A DNA stretch of 64,000 bases from Bacteroidota bacterium (GCA_022711175.1 JAKLFM010000002.1:1274-65273), one strand, 5' to 3'; counted from the first letter of the stretch, positions 46,301-56,248 are shown. Made by a program: numbers and translations. Notes: generated by a model from the letters alone, not told the origin.

Positions 46301-47200
46301 AAGCAGCAGGAAGGTAAGGCCATTGTTGTTATAATAGTTGTTTACATACGTCTTTATTGCCGAAGCAGTGTTGCCAATCGAAGCAATGTCAACCATCTCA
46401 GTTTGAATGCCCATCTGGTTTTTCCAGTCAACAAATGGTTGCATGGCACTTATGAAATTACCGTAACATATCACCAGCATTTTACCATATTCGCCCAATG
46501 GAGTATAATCAGTGTTTGCGTTGTTGATAAACCTGCGGTTGTATATGGCTTTGAAATCGTTGTCAACTCTTGCAGGGAAATCGGTCCTGTCAAGGGTATT
46601 GATTCCGCTATGGCCTTTCGAAAAAACTTTAACAGTTAAATCAGTATAAACCCTGAGTACTTTGGTTACAGGATTGTATGCAAATGGGTAAACAACAACG
46701 GTTTGTCCCCTGAAATCACGCATGATGTAAGGATCGCGTAGCTCGGCAATTTTGCCCGGGAAGAAACTGTTTTCGCTATATGCACGGCCATATTCAAAAG
46801 GCACATTCGCCGGATTAATGTCGCGGGTCAGGTTCCCTTTCGAAGGTGCAATGGAGATATCCTGATAATCGATGTATGACGAGGAAATAACTTCCACGTC
46901 CATAATATCGGCATCGGGAACAATGAGTGATGTTGTGAGCTTAGGCAGGTCAGGAGCGCCTTTCATCATGATTGGAGTTCCGGTGCCGATGGAAATGTAG
47001 ATTTCATTTCCCCGCTGCGTTTTTACCTGATTGCTGTAATATCCGTCGATCGAAAAATGAACAACTGATGTAGTAATGTTGGATGAAATCAGTTCAGTTT
47101 TGGCCGGTGTTGGTTGCTGTGAACTTAAATTGATCCATTCGCCGCCAAAAACTGTAAAACTGAAGATGGCCAGTAGAAGAGTAAGGTATAGGTTTCGCAT
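43376..47200 (-). CDS. gingipain-family (peptidase C25) protein with a PKD-like domain and a T9SS C-terminal sorting domain
   Basis: Signal peptide. His/Cys dyad contexts NYTGHGSDQSWG and WSVACVNGNF. PKD-like EWTFTGGEPATSNEQNPTVVYANPGTYDVTL. CTD NIYPNPASS...LPAGLYFVTV. 1274 aa. Confidence 0.85.
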   Translation of the reverse strand: MRNLYLTLLLAIFSFTVFGGEWINLSSQQPTPAKTELISSNITTSVVHFSIDGYYSNQVKTQRGNEIYISIGTGTPIMMKGAPDLPKLTTSLIVPDADIMDVEVISSSYIDYQDISIAPSKGNLTRDINPANVPFEYGRAYSENSFFPGKIAELRDPYIMRDFRGQTVVVYPFAYNPVTKVLRVYTDLTVKVFSKGHSGINTLDRTDFPARVDNDFKAIYNRRFINNANTDYTPLGEYGKMLVICYGNFISAMQPFVDWKNQMGIQTEMVDIASIGNTASAIKTYVNNYYNNNGLTFLLLVGDAAQIVTNTSGSIAGPSDNAYGYIVGNDHYPDIIVGRFSAETVDHVNTMVQRTLEYEKNPDVSIDWFSKGIGIGSDQGPGDEGEYDYQHIRNIRDQLLGFTYTSVAELYDGSQGGEDQSGNPTPAMVASFVNPGSGIINYTGHGSDQSWGTTGFSNNNVNALTNNHRWPFIWSVACVNGNFPGGTCFAEAWLRAKNSTGPTGAIATFMSTINQSWNPPMEGEDEMNNILVETYPDNIKRTFGGLSINGCYKMNDSYGGDGSDMTDTWTIFGDPSVNVYTAMPQTISATHEAQIFIGSSEFVVNADAEGALVGLSSQNQIIAAGFITGGTLTLSFPALEQPDTLQLVITGFNRLAYLADIPVIPNAGPYLIYNASSLDDALFNNNGLADYGETVGVSLTLKNIGILDAQNVNVTITTTDEYIQITDSSELYPLIPANETVAITDGFAFHLPDNIPDLHTISLHYTATSDSYVWNGNFSFTAHAGVLTFGSFTINDATGNNNGMAEPGETFDLVLNISNSGSAEIKNGSGQISFNDPYLSLLSANTQTYGDIPAGETVPRSFTIQASGDTPAGHVVPAAFAMSADKGLSASSALSVVIGQIPVAVIDLDKNNNSGPVILESLQANNIFADYVTAMPADLTGYQTLFVCLGTGTKKYVLTSAQGQLLADFINNGGNIYMEGADTWYYDPKTAVHALFNINGIMDGSNDLSTELGQAGSFTDGLTLTYDGDNDFIDHIAPTGSAFNIYKNSSPYYITAVANNAGTYKTIGSAFEFGGLVNGDFPATRNEYMLRIIEFFGILASPLNANFIAQPSTICDGGSTVFTDYSTGGATTWEWTFTGGEPATSNEQNPTVVYANPGTYDVTLTIGNGTTTSSLFKAAYINVEYCTDVAENRNPDVNIYPNPASSSATISFSGMSGTVNLRITDALSKTVFSQANIAAASAKTINVRNLPAGLYFVTVMNNNHQFIRKLIVTR

Positions 47201-47326
47201 ATGTTTTGGATTGTTTAAGGCTAATTTACATTATTACGAAGGTAATTTGTTACGGGACATAATTTTACCTTAAAAGAGTGCATAAAGATAGAAAATATAT
47301 CATATGAATTTTATCCTGATAAATAT

Positions 47327-47370
47327 GAAATAAAAACTGCCTGCAAAAAACTGATTTTTTCTGCAGGCAG
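47327..47370 (-). terminator. Rho-independent terminator after the upstream C25 gene
   Basis: The plus strand reads CTGCCTGCAAAAAA-CTGA-TTTTTTCTGCAGGCAG (47337-47370). On the minus strand the hairpin is followed by TTTTTATTT. Confidence 0.6.
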
Positions 47371-47391
47371 CATGTGTAATTAATACTCCTT

Positions 47392-50300
47392 TTACCTTGA
47401 ATGAATAACTTTTATCACCGAAATATTCGAACCTTCAGTTACCTTACAGGTATAAACTCCTGCAGGCAAGAGGCTTCCGTCCCATGTAACGGTGTTTACA
47501 CCCTGACGCATGAAACCGTCGTTAAGCACAGCAACTTCGGAGCCGATGGCATTGTAAAGCGCAATTTTTACCCTGGAATTGCCATTGGCATTGTATGTGA
47601 TTTTTAGTTGTGTGACAAACGGATTTGGATTCACTTGCAACGAAGATGCAGATTCTGTAGAAATTCCTGTGAATCCGAAATAAACTTCGTTCGAGGGTTC
47701 TGAATGGCAGCCTGCTGCATTCGTTGTCACCACATAATAGAAATTTGTATGCTGGGGTGTATAGGTTTGCTGGGTTGCACCTTCAATAATGCCATTTCCG
47801 TCATACCACTGGTAGCCGGTGGCCTGTGTCGAAACCAGGTTATTGCCCGAAATGGTTACTGTGGGGGTTGCAGGGAGTGCCTCGGTAAAGACTTCTACAT
47901 AATCTGTCATGCTTGCCGTGCCACTTGTAACGGTTACACTGTAGAGTGTATATCCCGAAGGAGTAGCAACCGGATTAAAAATTGTAGGATCATTCAGCGT
48001 TGCTGCAGGTGACCAGGAATAATTATAAGTCCCCCAGCCGCCGGTGGCAAATACATACAATTGTGAAGTGCTGCCTTCGCAGACATGTGCCGGCAGGGCT
48101 GTGGTATAAACGGCAAGCGGACCACTCTGGTTTTCGCTGAAAGGAGGCAGCATGATGAAATCCACCCATGCAGCGTCCTGGAAAGCAATGGAGGCTTCAT
48201 CCTTTTCGTATGCCCAACGAAGTTTATGAGGTCCCGAAGGAACGGCATATGAAACAAGGTTCCAGTCTTTGTTTCCCGACCATTCATCCATCTTCTGGTC
48301 ATCAATGTAAAAACGAAGGAAATCATAGCCTTGTTCAGATGATACTTTGCGGTAAAACGAAATATTACCGGCGCTGAGTACATTTACATCAAGGTACATT
48401 TCGCTTGATTGTGAGTTGCCGATATTTCCTGATTTTGAACTGTAAGTTCCCTCGTATTTTACAGCATTATCAATTGCCCAGTTGCTGTTACCGGCAAACT
48501 GCCAGTTATACTTGGTGAGCGTACCCGTTTCAAAATCTTCAACCTGCTGCCCAACCGTCATGTATAACCCTTTGATAACATTGTATGGGCCGGCATTGCC
48601 AACAAAATACATGCTGAATTCATAACCTGCCGGGGCATCGGGGCTAACTGTGAAACTCCATGATGAAGCAGCTGACTCGCCGGCAACAATGCTTCCGAGG
48701 TTTTGCGCCTGTGTGTTGCCCGAAATGTAGTTTCCAAAATATGCCATCTGGGCAATCACATCAGTGGTAGCGCAATGGCCGGCATTATCGGTATTTACTG
48801 TTAGTATAATTGTTTCACCGGGTTCAACAATGCCATTGCCATTACCTCCGGTTGCATCGCTTATGGTAATATCTTCGGCTCTGAGCAAAGGAGCATACAG
48901 TGTAAGCGGTAGCTGATACACGAATTCGGAGGTATCGGCCTGTAATGTAAGCGTAAGAGTCGCCTGGTGCATATCGGGCAGGTAGTCGGCGACCTGTACT
49001 TCGAATACGTTGCTTACCGACTGCACTTGCTGGCTTGGAATTAACGGCCAGGTAAAAGCGGGTTGTGTGACCTGTAAATAGGGATCGCCTGATGAAATGG
49101 TTGCAAGTGTGTTGACGGCGGCTGCATTTCCGTAATTAACAACCGAAAGGTCAAAATTGAGAGATTCGCCAAATTCAGCCATCTGGTTGCTGTTGCCTCC
49201 GTTGTCATTAATCTGGTACTGATCGAGCATCAGGTAAGGTCCCTCGGGTGATGCCACCAGCACACTGTCAATAAATGGTTGCATGTTTTGTTTGGTAACC
49301 ACAACATCGGCGTAACCTGGTTCAGTAAACGGTATAATGTTAATCAGTGCTGTGCCCGATTCGTCGGCTTCGGCAACTCCATGAATGATATTGTCTCTGG
49401 TAATAGCCACGTATGCATAGGGTTCGGTTTCAACTTCAAATGTCGAGGTGCCCAGTGGCAGCAGAGGCGTGTAGGAAGCTTGCATGGCCGGTGGTACTGA
49501 GTAGTAAACCATGAGCGAGGGATCGCCAAACAGGCAATATATTTCCCAATAATACTGCTTCATGCCCGAATTGGATTCCTGAACAGCCAGGTTGCCGGCA
49601 AATACCATCTGATCCTGGGTTGAGTACCATTCGGTCATGGGTTCACCATGATCGTGGAATGTACGGTCATAAGCACCAAGCCCATGATCTTCGTAAGTGG
49701 GATTAACAACAATTGGTCCCGTGCCAACTCCCCAGTAATAGTCCTCGTCCCAGTAACTGTTGTTCGACGCGCCGATATAACCGAGAGCACCTTTGTTTTG
49801 GGCACGCAGCAATGCTTCACCAAAGCAATACTGGTTATATGTTCCTGTAACGCAGCAATTACCAACCATCAAAGGATATTTATCAGCGTTTGCGAGATTG
49901 GCCACATCATTGATGCTGAAAGAAGGATCGGCCCAACCGCTCACTGAACCATGTGCAGTATAATTGGCATAACCAACACCGGTGCTCACATTGGCCCGGA
50001 TGTTTTGTGCATAATTTGCACCTGAAGGCTCGGGTTGCAGGTATGTGTGCGAAAGCAGTCCATGCGCTTCGTTGAAATAGTATGTAGTTCCGTAGTTGAT
50101 CTGTCCGTTTCCGTAAATTGGTCCATAGCTGGGATCGTGACCGGCAATCATCACACACTCGCCCAAAAACGAAGGATCGGGCATAAGGTACTGCTCGTAT
50201 TGCAGTGTTTTATCAATCTGTGGCTGAAGTTCAGAAGCATTGGTGGCTGAGAACCTTCCGTAATATACTTCGGGAAGATAGTCGCCACTATACTCACAGT

Positions 50301-51312
50301 AGTAAAGATCGCTCACATGCGAACCGCAGTTGTAAGCAGGTATTTGTTCAACATCGCCCACAAACAGCACAAATGTAGGGGCAGGGTCTTCGGGAGTGCC
50401 TGTTGTGTATAGTCCCTGCAGGTATGCTTTAATGGAATTGAATGTAGAGCCGACCGCCGGGTCGTTTGTGTAAGCCTCAATTACTTTAAATCCTTTTTTT
50501 GTTTTCCACTTGATGAAGGGCTGCAATTGCGCCTGGAACATCGGATCGGAAACTATCACATATTTTACAGGAGGTTTCGAAAGTGTATCGCGGTTATCGG
50601 TAACCGGTTGAAGATTAAGAACATTGTTGTAAATACTTCTGAAATAGGGCGAATCATACCTGGAACGATTATCATTTGTTTTGGCAATATTGGCTCCGGT
50701 AAAGCACACTTCAACAACCATGTTGTTATAAATGCGCACCACATTGGTCACCGGGTTGTACTGCACGGGTGAAATGACGAGGTTCCCGAGCCTTACACCT
50801 CTGAGGTAGCCATCAACATTTACCGAAGCAAGCTCGCCTCCTAAAAATTGATTTATGCTGTAAGTGGCTGCATTGTAAACAACATCGCCGGCCTGCCTGT
50901 TTTTGGGCTGTGGCGGCTGTGACGGAAAAAGCTTATCGTTTACACCCCAGGCAGTGAGCTGGTATTCCTGCATATCGTAGCTGATTACTCTTACTTCGGG
51001 AACAGCATCAGCCGGAACTTCAATAAGCCTGCTCAGCACAGGTAACTGCGGGTCGCCGGCGATGGTGCTTTTTGAATATCCAGCCACAAGCAATTCGCTG
51101 AACATTCCTTTTGAGGTTGATATTTCGAGGAAACTCAGGTCGTTTACAACATTTGTAACCTGTAACTTGCTGTAGCTGCTTTCGTTTACCGATAAACGGT
51201 TTTCGGCGCCCGGAATAAGCTTGACATTGTTAGCCGTGTATGCCGGTAAAAAAAAGAAAGCAACCGCGATCGTTGCTAAAAACAAGCCACGCATCAACGT
51301 AAAGTTTTTCAT
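47392..51312 (-). CDS. gingipain-family (peptidase C25) protein with a MAM/galactose-binding-like domain and a T9SS C-terminal sorting domain
   Basis: Signal peptide. Dyad contexts NYTAHGSVSGW and LMVGNCCVTGTY. CTD LQVNPNPFVTQL...LPAGVYTCKV. 1306 aa. Confidence 0.85.
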   Translation of the reverse strand: MKNFTLMRGLFLATIAVAFFFLPAYTANNVKLIPGAENRLSVNESSYSKLQVTNVVNDLSFLEISTSKGMFSELLVAGYSKSTIAGDPQLPVLSRLIEVPADAVPEVRVISYDMQEYQLTAWGVNDKLFPSQPPQPKNRQAGDVVYNAATYSINQFLGGELASVNVDGYLRGVRLGNLVISPVQYNPVTNVVRIYNNMVVEVCFTGANIAKTNDNRSRYDSPYFRSIYNNVLNLQPVTDNRDTLSKPPVKYVIVSDPMFQAQLQPFIKWKTKKGFKVIEAYTNDPAVGSTFNSIKAYLQGLYTTGTPEDPAPTFVLFVGDVEQIPAYNCGSHVSDLYYCEYSGDYLPEVYYGRFSATNASELQPQIDKTLQYEQYLMPDPSFLGECVMIAGHDPSYGPIYGNGQINYGTTYYFNEAHGLLSHTYLQPEPSGANYAQNIRANVSTGVGYANYTAHGSVSGWADPSFSINDVANLANADKYPLMVGNCCVTGTYNQYCFGEALLRAQNKGALGYIGASNNSYWDEDYYWGVGTGPIVVNPTYEDHGLGAYDRTFHDHGEPMTEWYSTQDQMVFAGNLAVQESNSGMKQYYWEIYCLFGDPSLMVYYSVPPAMQASYTPLLPLGTSTFEVETEPYAYVAITRDNIIHGVAEADESGTALINIIPFTEPGYADVVVTKQNMQPFIDSVLVASPEGPYLMLDQYQINDNGGNSNQMAEFGESLNFDLSVVNYGNAAAVNTLATISSGDPYLQVTQPAFTWPLIPSQQVQSVSNVFEVQVADYLPDMHQATLTLTLQADTSEFVYQLPLTLYAPLLRAEDITISDATGGNGNGIVEPGETIILTVNTDNAGHCATTDVIAQMAYFGNYISGNTQAQNLGSIVAGESAASSWSFTVSPDAPAGYEFSMYFVGNAGPYNVIKGLYMTVGQQVEDFETGTLTKYNWQFAGNSNWAIDNAVKYEGTYSSKSGNIGNSQSSEMYLDVNVLSAGNISFYRKVSSEQGYDFLRFYIDDQKMDEWSGNKDWNLVSYAVPSGPHKLRWAYEKDEASIAFQDAAWVDFIMLPPFSENQSGPLAVYTTALPAHVCEGSTSQLYVFATGGWGTYNYSWSPAATLNDPTIFNPVATPSGYTLYSVTVTSGTASMTDYVEVFTEALPATPTVTISGNNLVSTQATGYQWYDGNGIIEGATQQTYTPQHTNFYYVVTTNAAGCHSEPSNEVYFGFTGISTESASSLQVNPNPFVTQLKITYNANGNSRVKIALYNAIGSEVAVLNDGFMRQGVNTVTWDGSLLPAGVYTCKVTEGSNISVIKVIHSR

Positions 51313-51349
51313 TATTTAGGAAGGATTTGTGAAAATGAGGTTGAACAAA

Positions 51350-51357
51350 CAAAAGTA
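51350..51357 (-). promoter_or_regulatory. Candidate -7 box (TACTTTTG on the minus strand) for the 47392-51312 gene
   Basis: The plus strand reads CAAAAGTA, the reverse complement of TAnnTTTG. It lies 38 nt upstream of ATG 51312. Confidence 0.3.
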
Positions 51358-51514
51358 CACTATTAGTAAATATGTTTCATTTTGAATTATTTCAAATTCC
51401 AAAAAAATTTTAGGAAGTTTTTGTTGAAAGAAAGTGACTGATTTACTGCATTTCAGATAATCAAAGGCCTTTTCGAATATGCAGAAGGTATATCAGGAGA
51501 GCGTTTTCCGAATC

Positions 51515-52771
51515 TCAAAGCTTCTGATCCCTCAATTTACCAGCAATCTTACACACAGGGTACCAGGTTGCAGCAAAGCCGATGAGGAAAACAGTGATAA
51601 ACACCCAAATAAAATCGGTAAATTTCATTTTCACAGGATAAGCATCGATGATAAAAGCGCCGCTGCCGCCCTGCAGCTTCACGATGCCATAATGTTGCTG
51701 CAGCCAGCAAATCAATGCTCCGAGGGCAATTCCTGCTATTGCGCCTATGAGTGAGATGAGCATGCCTTCGGATAAAAATATTTTCCTGATCGATGTGTCA
51801 TCAGCACCCATGCTCCGAAGTACCGTAATATCGCGGCGTTTGTCGAGTATAAGCATTGTGAGGGACCCGATAACATTGAAAGTTGCTATCAGCAGAATAA
51901 ACGACAGGATGAGAAAAACCGCCCATTTTTCGGATTTCATGATTTTATAGAGCACTTCCTGCTGTTCGAAGCGGTTTTGTACTTTGTAATCTGCACCGCA
52001 ATATGCTTTCACTTTTTTTTGAACCAGTTTTACATTGCTGCCTGGTGAAAGCATAATTTCGACAGAAGAAATTTCATCCGGGTATTCAAAGAGATTCCTG
52101 GCAAAACTCAAAGGAACGAGCATGTATTTGATATCAAACTCCGCTGATATAGAAAAAATTCCTGATGGCTGAATTAGTCCGGTGTTGAACGATTCGTCGG
52201 GCAAGCCGCTTAATGACGCATTCCTGGCCGGCACATAAACTGATATGACATTTCCGGGATCAACAAGGTCAAGGCTAAGCACATCGGCAATGCCCACACC
52301 GGGCACTGCAAACATGTTGCTGTCCTGTTCGAGAACAAAATTCCCTTCGATGAGCATACTGTCTAGTGGCGAATAGTTCTGATATCCTGAACCGACACCT
52401 TTTATGGTTGCAATGCATTGCCTGTCGTGGTAGCGCAGAAGGGCGTTTTCCTCAATTACCTCTGTAAAATGGATGACACCGGGTAGCTTTTTGATGGAAT
52501 CAGCAGGTAAATCGCTGAGGCGGAATGTTTTACCCTGGGCAGGTGTGATCTTCAAATCGGGATCAAAGGCATTGAAAAGCGAAACCACCACACTTTCGAA
52601 GCCATTGAAAACACTCAGCACGATGATGAGCGCCATGGTACCGATGGTAACACCCAGCACCGAAATTCCGGAAATGATGTTGATGATATTGTGCGATTTC
52701 TTTGAAACCAGGTAACGTCGCGCTATGTAAAACGGGAAGTTCAAATTACTGCTTGAATTGGTGCATGACAA
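51515..52771 (-). CDS. FtsX-like ABC transporter permease (LolC/LolE family)
   Basis: FPFYIARRYLVSKK N-terminus, a large periplasmic loop, and a C-terminal FtsX region SIRKIFLSEGMLISLIGAIAGIALG. Confidence 0.85.
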   Translation of the reverse strand: MSCTNSSSNLNFPFYIARRYLVSKKSHNIINIISGISVLGVTIGTMALIIVLSVFNGFESVVVSLFNAFDPDLKITPAQGKTFRLSDLPADSIKKLPGVIHFTEVIEENALLRYHDRQCIATIKGVGSGYQNYSPLDSMLIEGNFVLEQDSNMFAVPGVGIADVLSLDLVDPGNVISVYVPARNASLSGLPDESFNTGLIQPSGIFSISAEFDIKYMLVPLSFARNLFEYPDEISSVEIMLSPGSNVKLVQKKVKAYCGADYKVQNRFEQQEVLYKIMKSEKWAVFLILSFILLIATFNVIGSLTMLILDKRRDITVLRSMGADDTSIRKIFLSEGMLISLIGAIAGIALGALICWLQQHYGIVKLQGGSGAFIIDAYPVKMKFTDFIWVFITVFLIGFAATWYPVCKIAGKLRDQKL

Positions 52772-52870
52772 ATGTAAAGTATTCTGCTTTATTTCGTCGT
52801 GTTGCTAAACGATAAGATCACGGTGTTATATCGGCACATATTTTGTTACTTTTATTCGAAATTTCATTCA

Positions 52871-53437
52871 ATGAACACCGAAACAATTACAGCCGTAGCT
52901 CTGGGAATAGGATTAAGTGCCAGCTGCGGTTTCAGGGTATTCGTGCCTTTGCTGGTAGCCAGTGTTGCAGCAAGGGCGGGCATTATTCCATTACAGGAAA
53001 GTTTTAATTGGCTGGGAAGCTGGCCGGCAATTATCTGTTTCGGAGCTGCCACGGTTGCCGAAATTGCAGCTTACTATATCCCTTTTGTTGACAACCTGCT
53101 CGATGGCATCACGACACCGCTGGCCATTGGCGCCGGTTCTTTACTCATGACATCTGTTCTGCCGATTGATGCCGATATGCTGAAATGGGTAACCGGCATC
53201 ATCATCGGCGGTGGCGCTGCAGCGGCAGTACAGGGCGGTTCGGTAATCACGAGGCTGGGGTCAACGAAACTTACGGCGGGTTTGGGCAACCCTGTTGTCG
53301 CTACTGGCGAGCACGCTGCCGCCTTTGGCACATCCCTTCTTTCGCTGGTGATTCCGGTAGTTATTGCGCTGGTTTTTGTTGTATTAATCGGTTTCTTTAT
53401 AATGAAATTTGGCAGGCGATTATTGCGCCGCAGCTAA
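52871..53437 (+). CDS. DUF4126-like integral membrane protein
   Basis: GLSASCGFRVFVPLLVASVAARAG and several Gly/Ala-rich TM segments. Start moved from the GTG at 52799 to ATG 52871. Confidence 0.55.
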   Translation: MNTETITAVALGIGLSASCGFRVFVPLLVASVAARAGIIPLQESFNWLGSWPAIICFGAATVAEIAAYYIPFVDNLLDGITTPLAIGAGSLLMTSVLPIDADMLKWVTGIIIGGGAAAAVQGGSVITRLGSTKLTAGLGNPVVATGEHAAAFGTSLLSLVIPVVIALVFVVLIGFFIMKFGRRLLRRS

Positions 53438-53519
53438 ATAACATAAATAATCTGCTTTTCTTCAGGATAGTCTTCAAAAAGAGATTGCTACCTTTGAGCA
53501 TTCTTACACGTATTGCTCT

Positions 53520-55340
53520 ATGAATGCCATGCCTTTTGTGATAGGCGCCCTGCTAGTTCTCGTGCTTGCTTACCGTTTTTATTACAGTTTTGTGACTGCA
53601 AAACTGGCTGCCATCAGCGATTCAAAACTTCTTCCTTCTCAAAGGCTTTACGACGGACAAAACTATTACCCCATGAACAAATGGGTGTTGTTTGGCCATC
53701 ATTTTGCCGCTATAGCCGGCGCTGGTCCATTGGTGGGACCTGTTTTGGCTGCGCAATTCGGCTTTATGCCCGGTTTCCTGTGGATGCTAGCCGGCGCAGT
53801 GCTTGCCGGCGCCATGCATGACCTGGTGATACTGGTCGCTTCACTTAACCACGACGGGAAATCGCTGGCCGAAATCGCCCGTACCGAAATTAGCAGAGTA
53901 AGCGGTGCAACGGCATCCTTCGCCATTATCCTTATCCTTGTGGTAGCCATGGCCGGGCTGGGACTGGTAGTTGTGAATGCTCTTGCCGAGAGTTCGTGGG
54001 GCACATTTACCATTGCCATGACCATACCCATTGCCCTGCTTATGGGAGTATGGATGTTCAGGATAAGGAAAGGCAAAACGGTGGAAGCCACTATTGCCGG
54101 CGTGATCCTGCTTTCGCTGGCTGTGATTTTTGGCAATAATATCGCTCATTCATCTGCTGCATCGTTCTTTTTGTTTAATCATAAGTCGCTCACTTTGCTG
54201 CTTGTGGCGTATGGTTTTATTGCTTCGGTACTGCCGGTATGGCTGCTTCTTTCGCCCCGCGATTATCTCAGTTCCATCATGAAACTCAGCGTAATTGCCA
54301 TGCTGGCTGTTGGGATTATCATTGTTGCGCCAACCATACACATGCCGGCGTTTACTCAATTTACACATGGCGGCGGACCGATCATTCCGGGGAAACTGTT
54401 TCCTTACCTGTTTATCACCATTGCCTGCGGCGCCATCAGCGGGTTTCACGCGCTGGTAAGTTCAGGGACTACGCCCAAAATGATCATGAGCATGAAGGAC
54501 GTGAAATTCATTGCTGCCGGGGCTATGCTTTCCGAAGGAATGGTAAGCATTCTTGCACTGGTAGCAGCAACCAGTCTTTTACCGCTCGATTATTTCCAGA
54601 TCAATATTCCCGCTGATAAATTCCAGGCTTTTCTGCCACAATTGCAGGCCATGGGATTTACACAGTCAAATCTTGCACAGCTATCGGCTGAAGTAGGCGA
54701 AAAGATAGCCGGAAGAACCGGTGGCGCCGTATCGCTGGGCGTGGGAATGGCTTATATATTTTCTTCGATACCCGGGTTGCAGCACCTGATGAGCTACTGG
54801 TACCATTTTGCCATCATGTTTGAGGCGCTGTTTATCCTCACCACCATCGATGCCGGCACCCGTATCGGAAGGTTTATACTGCAGGAGTCGCTGGGTAAGT
54901 TTTATAAACCATTCTCACGCACCGACTGGCTGCCCGGTAACCTGGTTGCAAGTGGACTAATGGTGCTTGCGTGGGGCTATTTCATATACACGGGGAGCGT
55001 GGCTACTATCTGGCCCATGTTTGGCACGGCAAACCAACTGCTTGCCACTGTTGCCCTGGCCATTGGCACATCATTCATCATCAACCGCGGTTTGGTGCGA
55101 TATTCATGGATGACAATCATCCCCATGCTTTTTGTGGGAATAACCACACTCACAGCAGGTTATATGAATATGAAAAATATTTATTATCCCCAGATACTCG
55201 ACCCGGCTAAGCATGTCCAGGGCATCATCAACTTTACGTTAACAGCTACAATTGTTGTTTGCGTATTAGTTGTCTTTGCTGACGCAATACCGAAATGGGT
55301 AGCTGTAATCCGCGGCAGGCGGCGTGTTCTTACTAATTAA
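53520..55340 (+). CDS. cstA: carbon starvation protein A (peptide/pyruvate transporter family)
   Basis: FGHHFAAIAGAGPLVGPVLAAQFG. About 16 TM segments. 606 aa. Confidence 0.9.
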   Translation: MNAMPFVIGALLVLVLAYRFYYSFVTAKLAAISDSKLLPSQRLYDGQNYYPMNKWVLFGHHFAAIAGAGPLVGPVLAAQFGFMPGFLWMLAGAVLAGAMHDLVILVASLNHDGKSLAEIARTEISRVSGATASFAIILILVVAMAGLGLVVVNALAESSWGTFTIAMTIPIALLMGVWMFRIRKGKTVEATIAGVILLSLAVIFGNNIAHSSAASFFLFNHKSLTLLLVAYGFIASVLPVWLLLSPRDYLSSIMKLSVIAMLAVGIIIVAPTIHMPAFTQFTHGGGPIIPGKLFPYLFITIACGAISGFHALVSSGTTPKMIMSMKDVKFIAAGAMLSEGMVSILALVAATSLLPLDYFQINIPADKFQAFLPQLQAMGFTQSNLAQLSAEVGEKIAGRTGGAVSLGVGMAYIFSSIPGLQHLMSYWYHFAIMFEALFILTTIDAGTRIGRFILQESLGKFYKPFSRTDWLPGNLVASGLMVLAWGYFIYTGSVATIWPMFGTANQLLATVALAIGTSFIINRGLVRYSWMTIIPMLFVGITTLTAGYMNMKNIYYPQILDPAKHVQGIINFTLTATIVVCVLVVFADAIPKWVAVIRGRRRVLTN

Positions 55341-55356
55341 TTTATATATCAGACGC

Positions 55357-56088
55357 ATGATAAGGATTAGTGTTTTAACGATTATGATTTTCTTGATTGG
55401 CTGTTCAAATAGAAATCAGGAAAACAAAGCCATATCAACGAATTCTAACACTCTTGTTGCAAATGATAAGTGTTTTTTTGATTTCATTTATGATTTTATG
55501 GTTGATAAAGATTTTCAATTGTCCCGAATTAGAATAGACAGATGGTATTACAGAAACTATTTTGCTGAAAAAGACTATTCACTCCATTTCTATCAATCAT
55601 TTAATAGACCGGAAAAGGAATTTGAAACAGATTTACAGAATACAAAGTACCTGACCATAATCGATTTAAAGAAAAAATTAACCTCTAATCTTAAATTTTA
55701 TAAAGAAAACAAGAAATGGTCTCTTATACAATTAGAAGATAGTGATTTTGTTACAGATTCGGTGATCGACTTTGAGACATTTCTGTACCAATTCTCAACA
55801 GATAACACATTTATGATGAATCATATCCGTTTTCCATTAAAATACACATTTGCTGACCCAGACAAGGATTATGCAGATACTACACAATATTTGGATTCAA
55901 ATAGTAATCTGAAATTTAACTTCTTTGAAAAAAGCTATTTAATGTATTTCCATGAAACCCCCAAAATTGATGGGAAAAAGATAATGATTTTTCTGAGGGG
56001 TATTGACAATGGACTAAACTCATATTATTACTTTGAAAAACAAGAGGATAACTGGTTTTTAATTGAAGAAAGCGACTATTCGACATAA
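55357..56088 (+). CDS. hypothetical lipoprotein with an internally duplicated motif (AT-rich gene)
   Basis: Lipobox FLIGCS. Two copies of F..F.Y.F..D..F....IR (FFDFIYDFMVDKDFQLSRIR and FETFLYQFSTDNTFMMNHIR). Start moved from the GTG at 55324 to ATG 55357. Confidence 0.55.
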   Translation: MIRISVLTIMIFLIGCSNRNQENKAISTNSNTLVANDKCFFDFIYDFMVDKDFQLSRIRIDRWYYRNYFAEKDYSLHFYQSFNRPEKEFETDLQNTKYLTIIDLKKKLTSNLKFYKENKKWSLIQLEDSDFVTDSVIDFETFLYQFSTDNTFMMNHIRFPLKYTFADPDKDYADTTQYLDSNSNLKFNFFEKSYLMYFHETPKIDGKKIMIFLRGIDNGLNSYYYFEKQEDNWFLIEESDYST

Positions 56089-56248
56089 TAATAGTCGGGA
56101 TATAACAGCACCTGCCTGCCACGAGGCTTCTTTTAAATACTTTTACTGCCTTTGAAGTCTTTGCTTCTTGGGGAGTCAGTTATGAAGAGTTTGGCAGAGG
56201 TCTTCAGCAGAACGTTGAAGCAGATTAGCAGAAAGTATTTTGTTAAAA

